A stretch of DNA of 62,995 nucleotides, the filler included, from Octopus bimaculoides (lineage: Eukaryota): the NCBI RefSeq assembly GCF_001194135.2. It is 7 parts of 6 records of this genome, joined end to end, with 100 filler letters (N's around TTAATTAATTAA, not from the genome) between each part and the next. Parts side by side here need not be neighbours in the genome. Positions count along the whole stretch, not along the records: positions 22,135 to 47,675 come from NC_068990.1; 6 more parts are not named here. One strand, given 5' to 3'. A program made the translations under genes and the position numbers. The notes below the pieces were generated by a model. It did not search any database. It saw only the letters and a program-made list of their open reading frames with translations, and was not told the DNA's origin. Position 1 is the first letter of the stretch, and every line of letters begins with the position of its first letter. Positions 23,217 through 33,951 of the stretch are shown here, in pieces.

Positions 23217-24580
23217 CATAGGGTAGGAGCAGTCTGATGAGGTCAGCGGAATTTTCAGAATGAAAACGGTATTGTTTTTGTCGTGCCCTGTGATAATTTA
23301 GGCTGCAATGATGTGGTCCATCATTTCTTTGACCACAGGGCAAGTTCCATTACTTAGTGTGAGTGCATTTAGATTGCACTGGAAGATGACAGGGTTAGGG
23401 TTAGGGTTTTAAGTGAAGTTCATGAGGAGGGAGCACTGGAGAATCTTGGGAGTTGAGAAATTTTGTTGGGAAGTATGTAACCTGATTGAGGTTGGTAACA
23501 GTGTCAACTGATCTGTAACAACGTTCTTGAGAAGGTAGGTGACTGAGTAAGTCGTAGTTAAGAGTGTTGACAGCTGCGTTTGTAGGTGCAAGAACACCCC
23601 TGTCACAAAGCCAATCTGGTTTTATGTATTCCGTTGTAAGATTTGGGTAAACAGCAGAACACAAGTCATCAGGGCTGGAGACAGTGTAGCCAATAATGGT
23701 AGTGTCAATGTATCCATTGTCGGATCTAATTTGTCCATTGCTGATTTTAAGGAGCATTTCTGAAAACTGGGTTGTAGGCTGACCAGTCTGTAGGAGTGAT
23801 CTCATGTTGATGAGTTGTTTCGATTAGACATGTAACTAAAGGAGGGATTTTTAAAGGCAGGCGTCAAGTTCATCAATGAGTGTCTCTTTAGGTACAATAG
23901 GCAGAGTTTGTCAGAAATCTCCTGCAAGAAGTAGAGTCGCACCTCCAAGGATGTTGTTGTTTGATCTAAGGTCTCTCATTGTGATATCAAGTGCTTCTAG
24001 GGAACATTTATGGAACATAGTTGTTTCATCCCAAACAATGAGTTTGCACTTTTTCAAAATTGTCACTTTGTCTGAGGAATACATTATGTGGCACAGGTTT
24101 ACTTGATGTGTTACATTCAAAGGCAATTTGGAGGTAGAGTGTGCTGTTTGTCCGCCATTGAAAAGAGTCAAGGCTATTCCTGAAGAGGTAACAGCAATAG
24201 CAAGGTCACCATTATGCCACAACTTCTTAAGAAGAAGATTCAGGAGGAATGTTTTACCAGTTCCACCAGGTGCATCTAAGAAGATCATTCCACCAGTGTG
24301 TGTGTAGATGTCTCCAAGGATGAAATTGTATATGTCATCTTGATCAGAATTCAGAAGGGGCTCATTGTCAGCAATGTACTGTTTGAGTTTGTGGATGTTG
24401 TAGGATGTTTCTCTGAGAATGAAACAATTGGGACAGGCATTTTCATTTCTGTCTGGAGTGTTGAGAGAATAAGCATCCAATCGTTGACCTCCAATTGCCA
24501 TAACCAAGTCTTCCAAGAGAAGAAGCCCTCCGTTGTAAATGGCAGTCATAGTGGGAGTATCAACGTTTATGTAGGATACA
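23217..24580 (-). mobile_element. Helitron RepHel PIF1-type helicase pseudogene fragment
   Basis: FLDAPGGTGKTFL (Walker A), GGQTAHS, LIVWDE, LLAGDF*QTLPIVP, VLAPTN, FLNS..PPHELHLK, NLN...NGT and VFILKIPL. Several in-frame stops. Confidence 0.93.
23391..23408 (+). repeat. Interstitial telomeric repeat (AGGGTT)3 inside the Helitron ORF
   Basis: AGGGTTAGGGTTAGGGTT is visible; the helicase reading resumes after it in a shifted frame. Confidence 0.9.
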
Positions 24581-25161
24581 TATGTAAGGGAAACAATCAA
24601 TTTATGAATGTTACTTCACAAAAAGTTACCTCTCTTGTCCAGTCCACAATAGCCACAATAATGCAGGAATGGAGAGGAGGGTTTTCTAGCCACAGAAGTC
24701 CCATTACTCCATAAGTGAAAAGTCTAAACAGTGTAGTGCAATCTGTGGAACATAAGTGATGTATGTGCCAAGCATGAATGAAATTGGATGAAAGACATTG
24801 ATTTTAAGTAAATAGCCTGTTATACACACACACACACACACATCTTCCATCTTATAGATATATACTATAACCTCAATCCAACCAAAACTTTGTGAGTGGA
24901 TTTCGTACATGGAAACTGTCATATATATGTGTATATTTGTGTATGTGTCTGTGTTTGTATCCCCACCATCACTTGACAACCAATGTTACTGTGTTTATGT
25001 CCCTGTAACTTAGCGGTTCGGCAAAAGACATCAATAGAAGTACTAGGCTTGCAAAGAATAAATCCTGGGGTTGATTAATTCAACTAAAGGCAGTGCTCCA
25101 GCATGGCAGCAGTCACATGACTGAAACAAGTAAAACAATAAAACACTATGCCATTTTAATA

Positions 25162-25188
25162 CCGAGCAATGCCGAGTATCACTGCTAG
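25162..25188 (+). mobile_element. Helitron-like 3' terminus (GC-rich subterminal motif, CTAG|T)
   Basis: CCGAGCAATGCCGAGTATCACTGCTAG followed by T. Confidence 0.45.
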
Positions 25189-25834
25189 TTAGTCATAACA
25201 AAACAGATGTAACTAATTGATGAAGGTGTTTTAAAAAAAGTTCTTCCTGCTAAAAGTAGAGAGGCCTTCCTTTAGTGATTATGTGAAAAGTGAATGGAAA
25301 TTTCAGAATATATGGAGACTGTAGAGTAAATGAAAATGAAAGAAGTAAAATTGCACCTCAGATTCTTATCCAACTCCAAATACTTAATTAACTTATTCTC
25401 TTTTGGGTTATGAATTATTTTGCTAAATGTGTTCTGAACCAAGAGCAGTTATACTGATAAATATACCAAAGAGTCTTTTAGGTGGACTTATCCATACAAG
25501 GTGTTACATTTCAGAGATCAATTGAGTACCTTGGCAAAGACAATCATAATGTTGTTTTATGTCAAGATGAGATGTGTATTGGTGCTACAACTGTTGCAAG
25601 TCTACATATCAAAGTAAATGAGATCAGAAAAAAAGTTGGAATTATCTGGCATTGAATTGCATTTTTGAAGGATATTGATTGTCAAAGGATGGTATATCAC
25701 CCTAACATTGTTTCATTGCAAGAATTAGAGATTTAAATTCACCAAAGTATAAACAGAAATTGGAATTTTATATTAGACTCATTCATTTTTATTCACCAGA
25801 ATTGTTCTTAGTAACAATTAGGGTCTACTAAAAG

Positions 25835-26042
25835 GAAAAGTTCCTGGTTTTAAGGATATCTTGAAAGGCCTGGCTGGAGACCCAAACTTTCAAGTTCTTT
25901 TACAGGGCTTAAAAAAAACTGAAAGACCACTGCAATAAGTGTATGAATCTGAGAGGGGAATATGTTGGATAAAATCATAATTAACTGATTTTCCTGTATT
26001 TTCTTTTACCCAAAACCAGGCACTTTTCAGCACCCCCTCATA
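25835..26042 (+). mobile_element. Non-autonomous mariner derivative
   Basis: Imperfect TIRs GAAAAGTTCCTGGTTTT and AAAACCAGGCACTTTTCAGCACCCCCTCATA, with internal HCNKCMNLRGEYVG-like C-terminal transposase remnant. Confidence 0.7.
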
Positions 26043-26392
26043 TAAAATGAACCTAAAAAATGACACCATTTTATGAAATGTCTTAGATGAATGCATGAGA
26101 TATTATTCCATAATAATATCTCATACATTGGTTGGAATTTATTAATAATGTTGGTTTGGTTGAAAAGACAAATATAAAAAAAAATCTTTTCAACAGCATA
26201 TTTTTTTTAAAACTTGTCTTTTAAGCATGGATGCACTGAGCTGTGACATTGATTTAGGACCCAATGCTAATCAATGTGTGCTATGGTTGTATATGTAGAG
26301 CATTGTAGAGTGTCAGCAACAACTTGACTATGAATATTTCTAACTTCCTCATACATTTCTTTGCTTTGTATGTTTATTCATTTATACTATAG

Positions 26393-26856
26393 GTAACTGT
26401 TGAGGAATCAGCAGAAATTACTTCTCAGTTGGATGAAAAATCAAGACACTTCAATTTATTATCATCTCGACTTGAGGAACAATCTAATTTAATTAGGATT
26501 TTGAAAGAACAAATCCATAATACAGAAACTAAAATAGCAAATTATGAAGAAAATAACAAGAATCTTGATACTTACCGAAATTTTGCTCTTTCTGAATTAA
26601 AAGAGCAAATGAAACATTATAAGACATTGAAAGACCGTTATTACACATTACAAAACAACTTCCTGGAAATAAAGGCAATCACAGAGCAATATAAAAGCAA
26701 AAATAAGTTACTAGCTGATGAAATAAAAACTCTGGAACTTTCAAATGAAAAATTATTTGGAACAGCCAGAAGTGAAATTCTTGACCAGGTGGAGAGTTTA
26801 AAGAAAACTGACAGTAATTTTAAAGAACAATGTAAACTGATTGAAGAAAAAATTGC
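26393..26856 (+). CDS. CCDC89: Coiled-coil domain-containing protein 89-like, exon (phase 0->2)
   Basis: Acceptor TTTATACTATAG| and donor GC|GTAAGT; 154 open codons. LSSRLEEQSNLIRILK and LKDRYYTL..N......EQYKSKNKLL..E...L...N..LF match the CCDC89 motifs I recall (SRIEEQSQLICILK; ERFMTLAANH...DEYKSEN.KL). Confidence 0.85.
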
Positions 26857-27391
26857 GTAAGTGATTAATAAAAGAGAAACTTCTTCATCATCGTCATCAT
26901 TGCTGTTATCATCGTCATCGTTATTGTTATTTAATATCCATGTTCATGCTGGTATGGCTTGTTTTTATTGAATTATTTTATTGAGATAGAGTGGTTGAAT
27001 GGATAAAGTTTTAAGCCACTGCTTTGAAGGTCACATTAGACCCATCTAATCCACTATAACAAGAACTCTATGTGTTAAAAAAACATTTTTTAAGACATGT
27101 CATAACTAATGTCTCCATACCCAAATTCTTTAGATACATCCACTGCTTCTACTATGAGGGGTGTTCATTAAAGATTTTCCCTGACTCACTTCTGGTTATT
27201 GCAGGAAATGAAACTTATACAGGTTTAATCATACATGTCTCTACATGTCACATTGTGAATTTCAGCTTTGCACTAGTATTCATTTGTCTTTTACAACTGC
27301 TGAAGTGGATTAAGGTGTTATAATGGAGGCAGTTGAATGCAGATCAGTGATCAGGTTCTTATACTTGAAAGGTTGTACACCAATGTGAAAG

Positions 27392-27481
<90 letters not shown>

Positions 27482-27506
27482 GCTCTCTCTCTCTCTCTCT
27501 CTCTCT
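27392..27506. repeat. (CT)n microsatellite
   Basis: Directly visible. Confidence 0.95.
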
Positions 27507-27608
27507 GAATATACCTCAATCTTTGAAAATAAGCTATAGTGTATACCATTTCTAAGAAAAGACTTGAACCTTACCAACTATCATCTGCCACCAACTTTTT
27601 CTCTACAG

Positions 27609-27699
27609 TCATCAACCTATAGAAGCTGGACATCAACTGCATCATCCTCACCAGTCTGGGAAAGCCTGCAAAGATTATGAGCTGCAATCCCACTTCTGA
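27609..27699 (+). CDS. Candidate alternative terminal exon of the CCDC89-like gene
   Basis: Acceptor TTTTTCTCTACAG|, phase-2 compatible, HQPIEAGHQLHHPHQSGKACKDYELQSHF*, with AATAAA at 27703. Confidence 0.3.
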
Positions 27700-28429
27700 C
27701 TAAATAAAAACATTTAAAAGAGGCAGCCTTTAAATAGATAGAATTTAGAAAAAAATACAGGGTACGTTTTAATTCTGTAACTGAAATATTGTAAACACTT
27801 ACAAACTTAAAATTGCTAATATCCTATAAAAGGAGACTAAACTCTATTGAATATCAGATATTTTTCATATGTCAAAGCTAGGCTCTTAAAATATGTTGAA
27901 AACTTGAGACACTCTACTTCTTTTATGATGAATAGCATGTCCAAGAATTTGAAATACAAATAGACTGTATTTACTGCTCGAAAATGATTAGCAGAAAATA
28001 TCATTTACAGAAAACATTAAATAAATTTATATTGTTATATTTGGAGATGGCTGTGTTTTTTGTTTTTTGTTTTTGTTTTTGGTGAGGATTGTTTTGTTTT
28101 TTTTGCAAAACAAATACATAAACGTAATTAAATAAATCATTATACAAAGTTGGGTCATTTTTTTTCGTAGGTATGGGAGAATATACCGGGTACAAGATGG
28201 ATAAATGAAACAGATTTTTGGGTAGTTGGATGTCTTTAGCAGAGTCTATTCTAATGCAAGCATTTGGGCCAGGTCTCATCTTGAGAATACCTTCCTCTCT
28301 CTCTCTCTCTCTCCTACCAGTCTTAGTGGTTCTGTAAAGGTTCGTGGATACTGCCTTCTCTTCTAACTAAAAGGTAAAGGGAAACACTTTAATATTAAAA
28401 AAATAATGACTATATATACATATATATAT

Positions 28430-30375
28430 ATAGACTCCTTCTTCTCTTTTGTCAAATCTTTCCATCCTACCCTCCACTTCTCCTGCACTATCTCTGACAC
28501 CTCTGTCTCCTTTCTTGACATTTCGGTCAGCATTCATCACTCCACTCTTACCACTTCCATCCACTACAAACACACACTCACACGCATACCTCAACTTCTC
28601 CTCCTCTCACTCTAAACACACCAAGCTTTCCATCCCCTATTCCCAATTCCTGCGTCTATGCAGGCTCTGTAGTGACAACCATAACTTTGAGACTCAGTCT
28701 CAACTCATGGCTCGCCAATTCATCCTACGTGGATATCTCCTCACCACTATCTACACCACCCTAGCCAGTGGACCGTGCATCTGCTCTCTCCTCCTAAACC
28801 TGCCCTGCTGTCTCACGCCTCCTTTTNNNNNNNNNNNNNNNNNNNNNNNNNNNNNNNNNNNNNNNNNNNNNNNNNNNNNNNNNNNNNNNNNNNNNNNNNN
28901 NNNNNNNNNNNNNNNNNNNNNNNNNNNNNNNNNNNNNNNNNNNNNNNNNNNNNNNNNNNNNNNNNNNNNNNNNNNNNNNNNNNNNNNNNNNNNNNNNNNN
29001 NNNNNNNNNNNNNNNNNNNNNNNNNNNNNNNNNNNNNNNNNNNNNNNNNNNNNNNNNNNNNNNNNNNNNNNNNNNNNNNNNNNNNNNNNNNNNNNNNNNN
29101 NNNNNNNNNNNNNNNNNNNNNNNNNNNNNNNNNNNNNNNNNNNNNNNNNNNNNNNNNNNNNNNNNNNNNNNNNNNNNNNNNNNNNNNNNNNNNNNNNNNN
29201 NNNNNNNNNNNNNNNNNNNNNNNNNNNNNNNNNNNNNNNNNNNNNNNNNNNNNNNNNNNNNNNNNNNNNNNNNNNNNNNNNNNNNNNNNNNNNNNNNNNN
29301 NNNNNNNNNNNNNNNNNNNNNNNNNNNNNNNNNNNNNNNNNNNNNNNNNNNNNNNNNNNNNNNNNNNNNNNNNNNNNNNNNNNNNNNNNNNNNNNNNNNN
29401 NNNNNNNNNNNNNNNNNNNNNNNNNNNNNNNNNNNNNNNNNNNNNNNNNNNNNNNNNNNNNNNNNNNNNNNNNNNNNNNNNNNNNNNNNNNNNNNNNNNN
29501 NNNNNNNNNNNNNNNNNNNNNNNNNNNNNNNNNNNNNNNNNNNNNNNNNNNNNNNNNNNNNNNNNNNNNNNNNNNNNNNNNNNNNNNNNNNNNNNNNNNN
29601 NNNNNNNNNNNNNNNNNNNNNNNNNNNNNNNNNNNNNNNNNNNNNNNNNNNNNNNNNNNNNNNNNNNNNNNNNNNNNNNNNNNNNNNNNNNNNNNNNNNN
29701 NNNNNNNNNNNNNNNNNNNNNNNNNNNNNNNNNNNNNNNNNNNNNNNNNNNNNNNNNNNNNNNNNNNNNNNNNNNNNNNNNNNNNNNNNNNNNNNNNNNN
29801 NNNNNNNNNCCCCACCTTCCCATCCCACCCCACCTCATCCCTTACACCCTCTCCCACATACCCCACCCTCTACCTACCCACATACCCCACCTACCACAAC
29901 CTCTGCCTACCCACATACCCCACCTCTACCCTCACCCTAACCCACACCCCACCCATGCTTTCCCCAGTCTCACCTCCACCCCACCACACTACACCATACC
30001 ACACAACACATCACATCACAACACACACCAGCACTGACCAATTCCCATCCCCACATTTTCAAACCCACACATACACACATGCACATATCAAGATCAACAG
30101 CACTCTCTTACACACGCATACCTTCGTTTTGGGATCACTACTACTTTGTTATCTCCCCTTCTTCTTAGCTCTCCTGTGTGACCCTTCTGTCTGGCATTTG
30201 CCATGATAGATCGCTAATCACTACACACATTTTTTTCTCTCCTTGTTTCTTTCTGTGTTCCTTTCTGTGGAAGAGCGTAGGCTTGAAACGTTAAAGACTT
30301 TTTCAATTCCTGAGCGTTATACTAATACATTTGTTTGTTTTCTACACCACCTGTTCTTTTGTGAATTCTCCCTAT
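28430..30375 (+). mobile_element. Penelope-like retroelement remnant (RT C-terminus, gap, 3' tail)
   Basis: SFHPTLHFSCTISDTSVSFLDISV...TSIHYK, then after a frameshift HAYLNFSSSHSKHTKLSIPYSQFLRLCRLCS...F..RGY (PLE RT/thumb motifs). The tail carries GAAGAGCGTAGGCTTGAAACGTT. Confidence 0.85.
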
Positions 30376-33062
30376 ATANNNNNNNNNNNNNNNNNNNNNN
30401 NNNNNNNNNNNNNNNNNNNNNNNNNNNNNNNNNNNNNNNNNNNNNNNNNNNNNNNNNNNNNNNNNNNNNNNNNNNNNNNNNNNNNNNNNNNNNNNNNNNN
30501 NNNNNNNNNNNNNNNNNNNNNNNNNNNNNNNNNNNNNNNNNNNNNNNNNNNNNNNNNNNNNNNNNNNNNNNNNNNNNNNNNNNNNNNNNNNNNNNNNNNN
30601 NNNNNNNNNNNNNNNNNNNNNNNNNNNNNNNNNNNNNNNNNNNNNNNNNNNNNNNNNNNNNNNNNNNNNNNNNNNNNNNNNNNNNNNNNNNNNNNNNNNN
30701 NNNNNNCAAGGTATTTTAACTGAATTTAAAATTTCCAAGTCATATATGATGTAAATCTAGCTAAATTATATTGCTGCTGTATTTTTGTTCAGTTGTTATT
30801 TAGCATCTGGTCAGCTCTGAACTTGTAGCCCTTTTCCAATGGTGAGAGTGATGATATAGCATCAAAGACACCCCAGCCATGACCATCCTGTTTATTTTTT
30901 TTATTCAGGTAGTGCATGTCTAGGAGCACATTTTCTAGTAAGTTCTTTTTTTTTCTAAATGATAAAGTGCAATTTGACAGGGATTTGGTTGCTAATTCTA
31001 GCAGGTTAGGCAGCAATCCAAAGGCCTTCTCATTGGCTCATTTTAGTACAGGAGAATGATAAGATGTCATGATAGCATGGTTTTATGCAGTGATTGTTAT
31101 GATAAAATAATGTAGCAGTTTGGCTGGTTTCAATATCATTATATATGCTTTGTCCCATAGCTCAGTGATATGACGTGCCATGCAGGCCAATGGAATAAAA
31201 TTACATTGTTTGAAAAACAAGTGTTGATGACAGCATGGGTCCCCAGCTATAGTAACACCATGTTGCTTTCAGTTTATTCCTTGGAGTTTCTTTACATACT
31301 TTGTGGTCTGGCTTTCTCATACCTCTTTCACTGGCCATTATTACTAGGTCTAATGGTGTCATGCTACATAAAGAATCACATCCTTCTCTGCTTTTTAATA
31401 ATTAACAGGAGAGTTTCGTGGTTCACAGTCTTAACAACAATTTCTTTTTTAGCACTCTTTTTAATTCAGTATATGAAATGCTATATCATCACTCTCACCA
31501 TTGGAAAAACAATAAACCAGTGACTGGTTTGCTGAAAACCTCTAACCAAAGATGCTCCTGTTCACAGAAGGTATGATATAAAATAAAAGTAAATAACTCA
31601 ATAAAATAGATATGGCCTTCCAACTATTTACCATATTTTATGGCATAAAAGATGCACAGGTATATTAAACACACCCCCAATTTCAGTAGTGAATAATCGG
31701 GAAAAGTGGACATCAGGTACAAAATTTGCTTGTGGGAGGCCTAGCCCAACTTCACATACAGGGCCTGGAATGGTTTTGAGAAAAAATGCATCTTATAAAC
31801 CATCAAATAATAAATTACAGTAAATAATAGTAAATTAGCATAAGGCAAACAGAATGCCAGATAATATACATTCAGTCTCACAGTGTTCTGAGTTCAAATC
31901 TTGCCTAGGTCAACTTTGCCATGCACCTTTTTAAGGTGGATAAAAATGATTCAATCTAAGGCAATGAATTGGGGAATGGGGTCTACAAGAATATCAGATT
32001 GAATGCCTAGAAGTATTTGTTCCAGGTCTTTGCTTTCTGAATTCAAATTCTGCTATGGCCTGCTTGGGTAATAGATTTAACCCAATGTTACACCACTGCT
32101 TGACTCCTTGGATATCTTTAGAAGAATTTACTTTGTTGCAAGCATTAGGGCTGGATTTCCAGTTTAAGAATAACTCCTCCCTCCCTTCAACCAGTCACAG
32201 AGGCTTTGTATGATGTTATGGGCACCATTTTTCCCTTCAAAGTAAAAGTCAAAATGTGTATATATATATGTATATATATATATATATANNNNNNNNNNNN
32301 NNNNNNNNNNNNNNNNNNNNNNNNNNNNNNNNNNNNNNNNNNNNNNNNNNNNNNNNNNNNNNNNNNNNNNNNNNNNNNNNNNNNNNNNNNNNNNNNNNNN
32401 NNNNNNNNNNNNNNNNNNNNNNNNNNNNNNNNNNNNNNNNNNNNNNNNNNNNNNNNNNNNNNNNNNNNNNNNNNNNNNNNNNNNNNNNNNNNNNNNNNNN
32501 NNNNNNNNNNNNNNNNNNNNNNNNNNNNNNNNNNNNNNNNNNNNNNNNNNNNNNNNNNNNNNNNNNNNNNNNNNNNNNNNNNNNNNNNNNNNNNNNNNNN
32601 NNNNNNNNNNNNNNNNNNNNNNNNNNNNNNNNNNNNNNNNNNNNNNNNNNNNNNNNNNNNNNNNNNNNNNNNNNNNNNNNNNNNNNNNNNNNNNNNNNNN
32701 NNNNNNNNNNNNNNNNNNNNNNNNNNNNNNNNNNNNNNNNNNNNNNNNNNNNNNNNNNNNNNNNNNNNNNNNNNNNNNNNNNNNNNNNNNNNNNNNNNNN
32801 NNNNNNNNNNNNNNNNNNNNNNNNNNNNNNNNNNNNNNNNNNNNNNNNNNNNNNNNNNNNNNNNNNNNNNNNNNNNNNNNNNNNNNNNNNNNNNNNNNNN
32901 NNNNNNNNNNNNNNNNNNNNNNNNNNNNNNNNNNNNNNNNNNNNNNNNNNNNNNNNNNNNNNNNNNNNNNNNNNNNNNNNNNNNNNNNNNNNNNNNNNNN
33001 NNNNNNNNNNNNNNNNNNNNNNNNNNNNNNNNNNNNNATATATATATATATATATATATAAC

Positions 33063-33105
<43 letters not shown>

Positions 33106-33628
33106 CATATACATACATATACATACATATACATACATATATACTGTTTTGAGCAGATCAAATAACAGTTTAACTGCTTAGCATTCAGATTATTCTGTTA
33201 AATGTAATAGTTATTTATTCAGATTATCTTGAATTAATCCTGCATTATCATAAAGCTTTGAGATTTCAATGCTGGGATTGTTTATTTTTAGAATAACATT
33301 GTAGAGTAGGTAGAAGTGGTTGGATATGGCTGGTTTGAACATAAAGCAGATAGACTATATGGGCCTGATATGACCAGTTTAAATGCTAAGGGGTTAAACC
33401 ACTTCATCTGCTGTTCTTGTACTGCATTCAAATGTTGCTTGGCATAAAACTAGCATTTGAGTTTCCTAGTAGCACTCAAAAAAAAAAGGAAAGAAAGAAA
33501 TAGTGATGATGATATAATGGTACCAGTAATAGATGTTATGATGATCATGGTCATGGTGGTAGTCATAGAGTTGAGAGTGATCATAGTTATAGTACTAATA
33601 AAAAAAATACTTTTGTGATTTTCTCTAG

Positions 33629-33762
33629 AAGCTGAAAGAACTTTGAAACTGAAACCAAAATATTGTCCAAAGCAGTTTCTATTAAACAAAGAAATAGAAA
33701 AATTGCAAATGGAAAAAGAACAAGCAGATGATGAATTGGCATACAAGGAAAAGCTTTTGCAG
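33629..33762 (+). CDS. CCDC89: CCDC89-like exon (phase 1->0)
   Basis: TTTTCTCTAG| ... CAG|GTGAGA; AERTLKLKPKYCPKQFLLNKEIEKLQMEKEQADDELAYKEKLLQ. Confidence 0.8.
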
Positions 33763-33951
33763 GTGAGAATGAAACATTAGATTTTTAAACATCCAAAATA
33801 TCAAGTGACATTGGCAGTAGAGTACCTTAAGAATCAGTTTATTTAAAGCAACATTTTATGACATGCAATGAGATGGAAGCATGACTGTGTGGTTGAGAAG
33901 TTTGCCTCACAATCTCCTGGTTTCGTGTCTGATTCCACTATAAAGTCAGAT

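Noticed and set aside
25482-25613. Phase-0 candidate upstream exon VDLSIQGVTFQ...ASLHIK for CCDC89
   Set aside because: Splice signals are plausible, but the same frame stays protein-like with stops on both sides, as in a decayed transposase, and it does not resemble CCDC89; unresolved without RNA data.
26226-26277. Candidate ATG exon MDALSCDIDLGPNANQC
   Set aside because: Good acceptor and start context, but no convincing phase-0 donor.
30262-30300. Hammerhead-like motif in the Penelope tail
   Set aside because: The core reads GGAAGA rather than CTGANGA, so it is non-canonical or dead.
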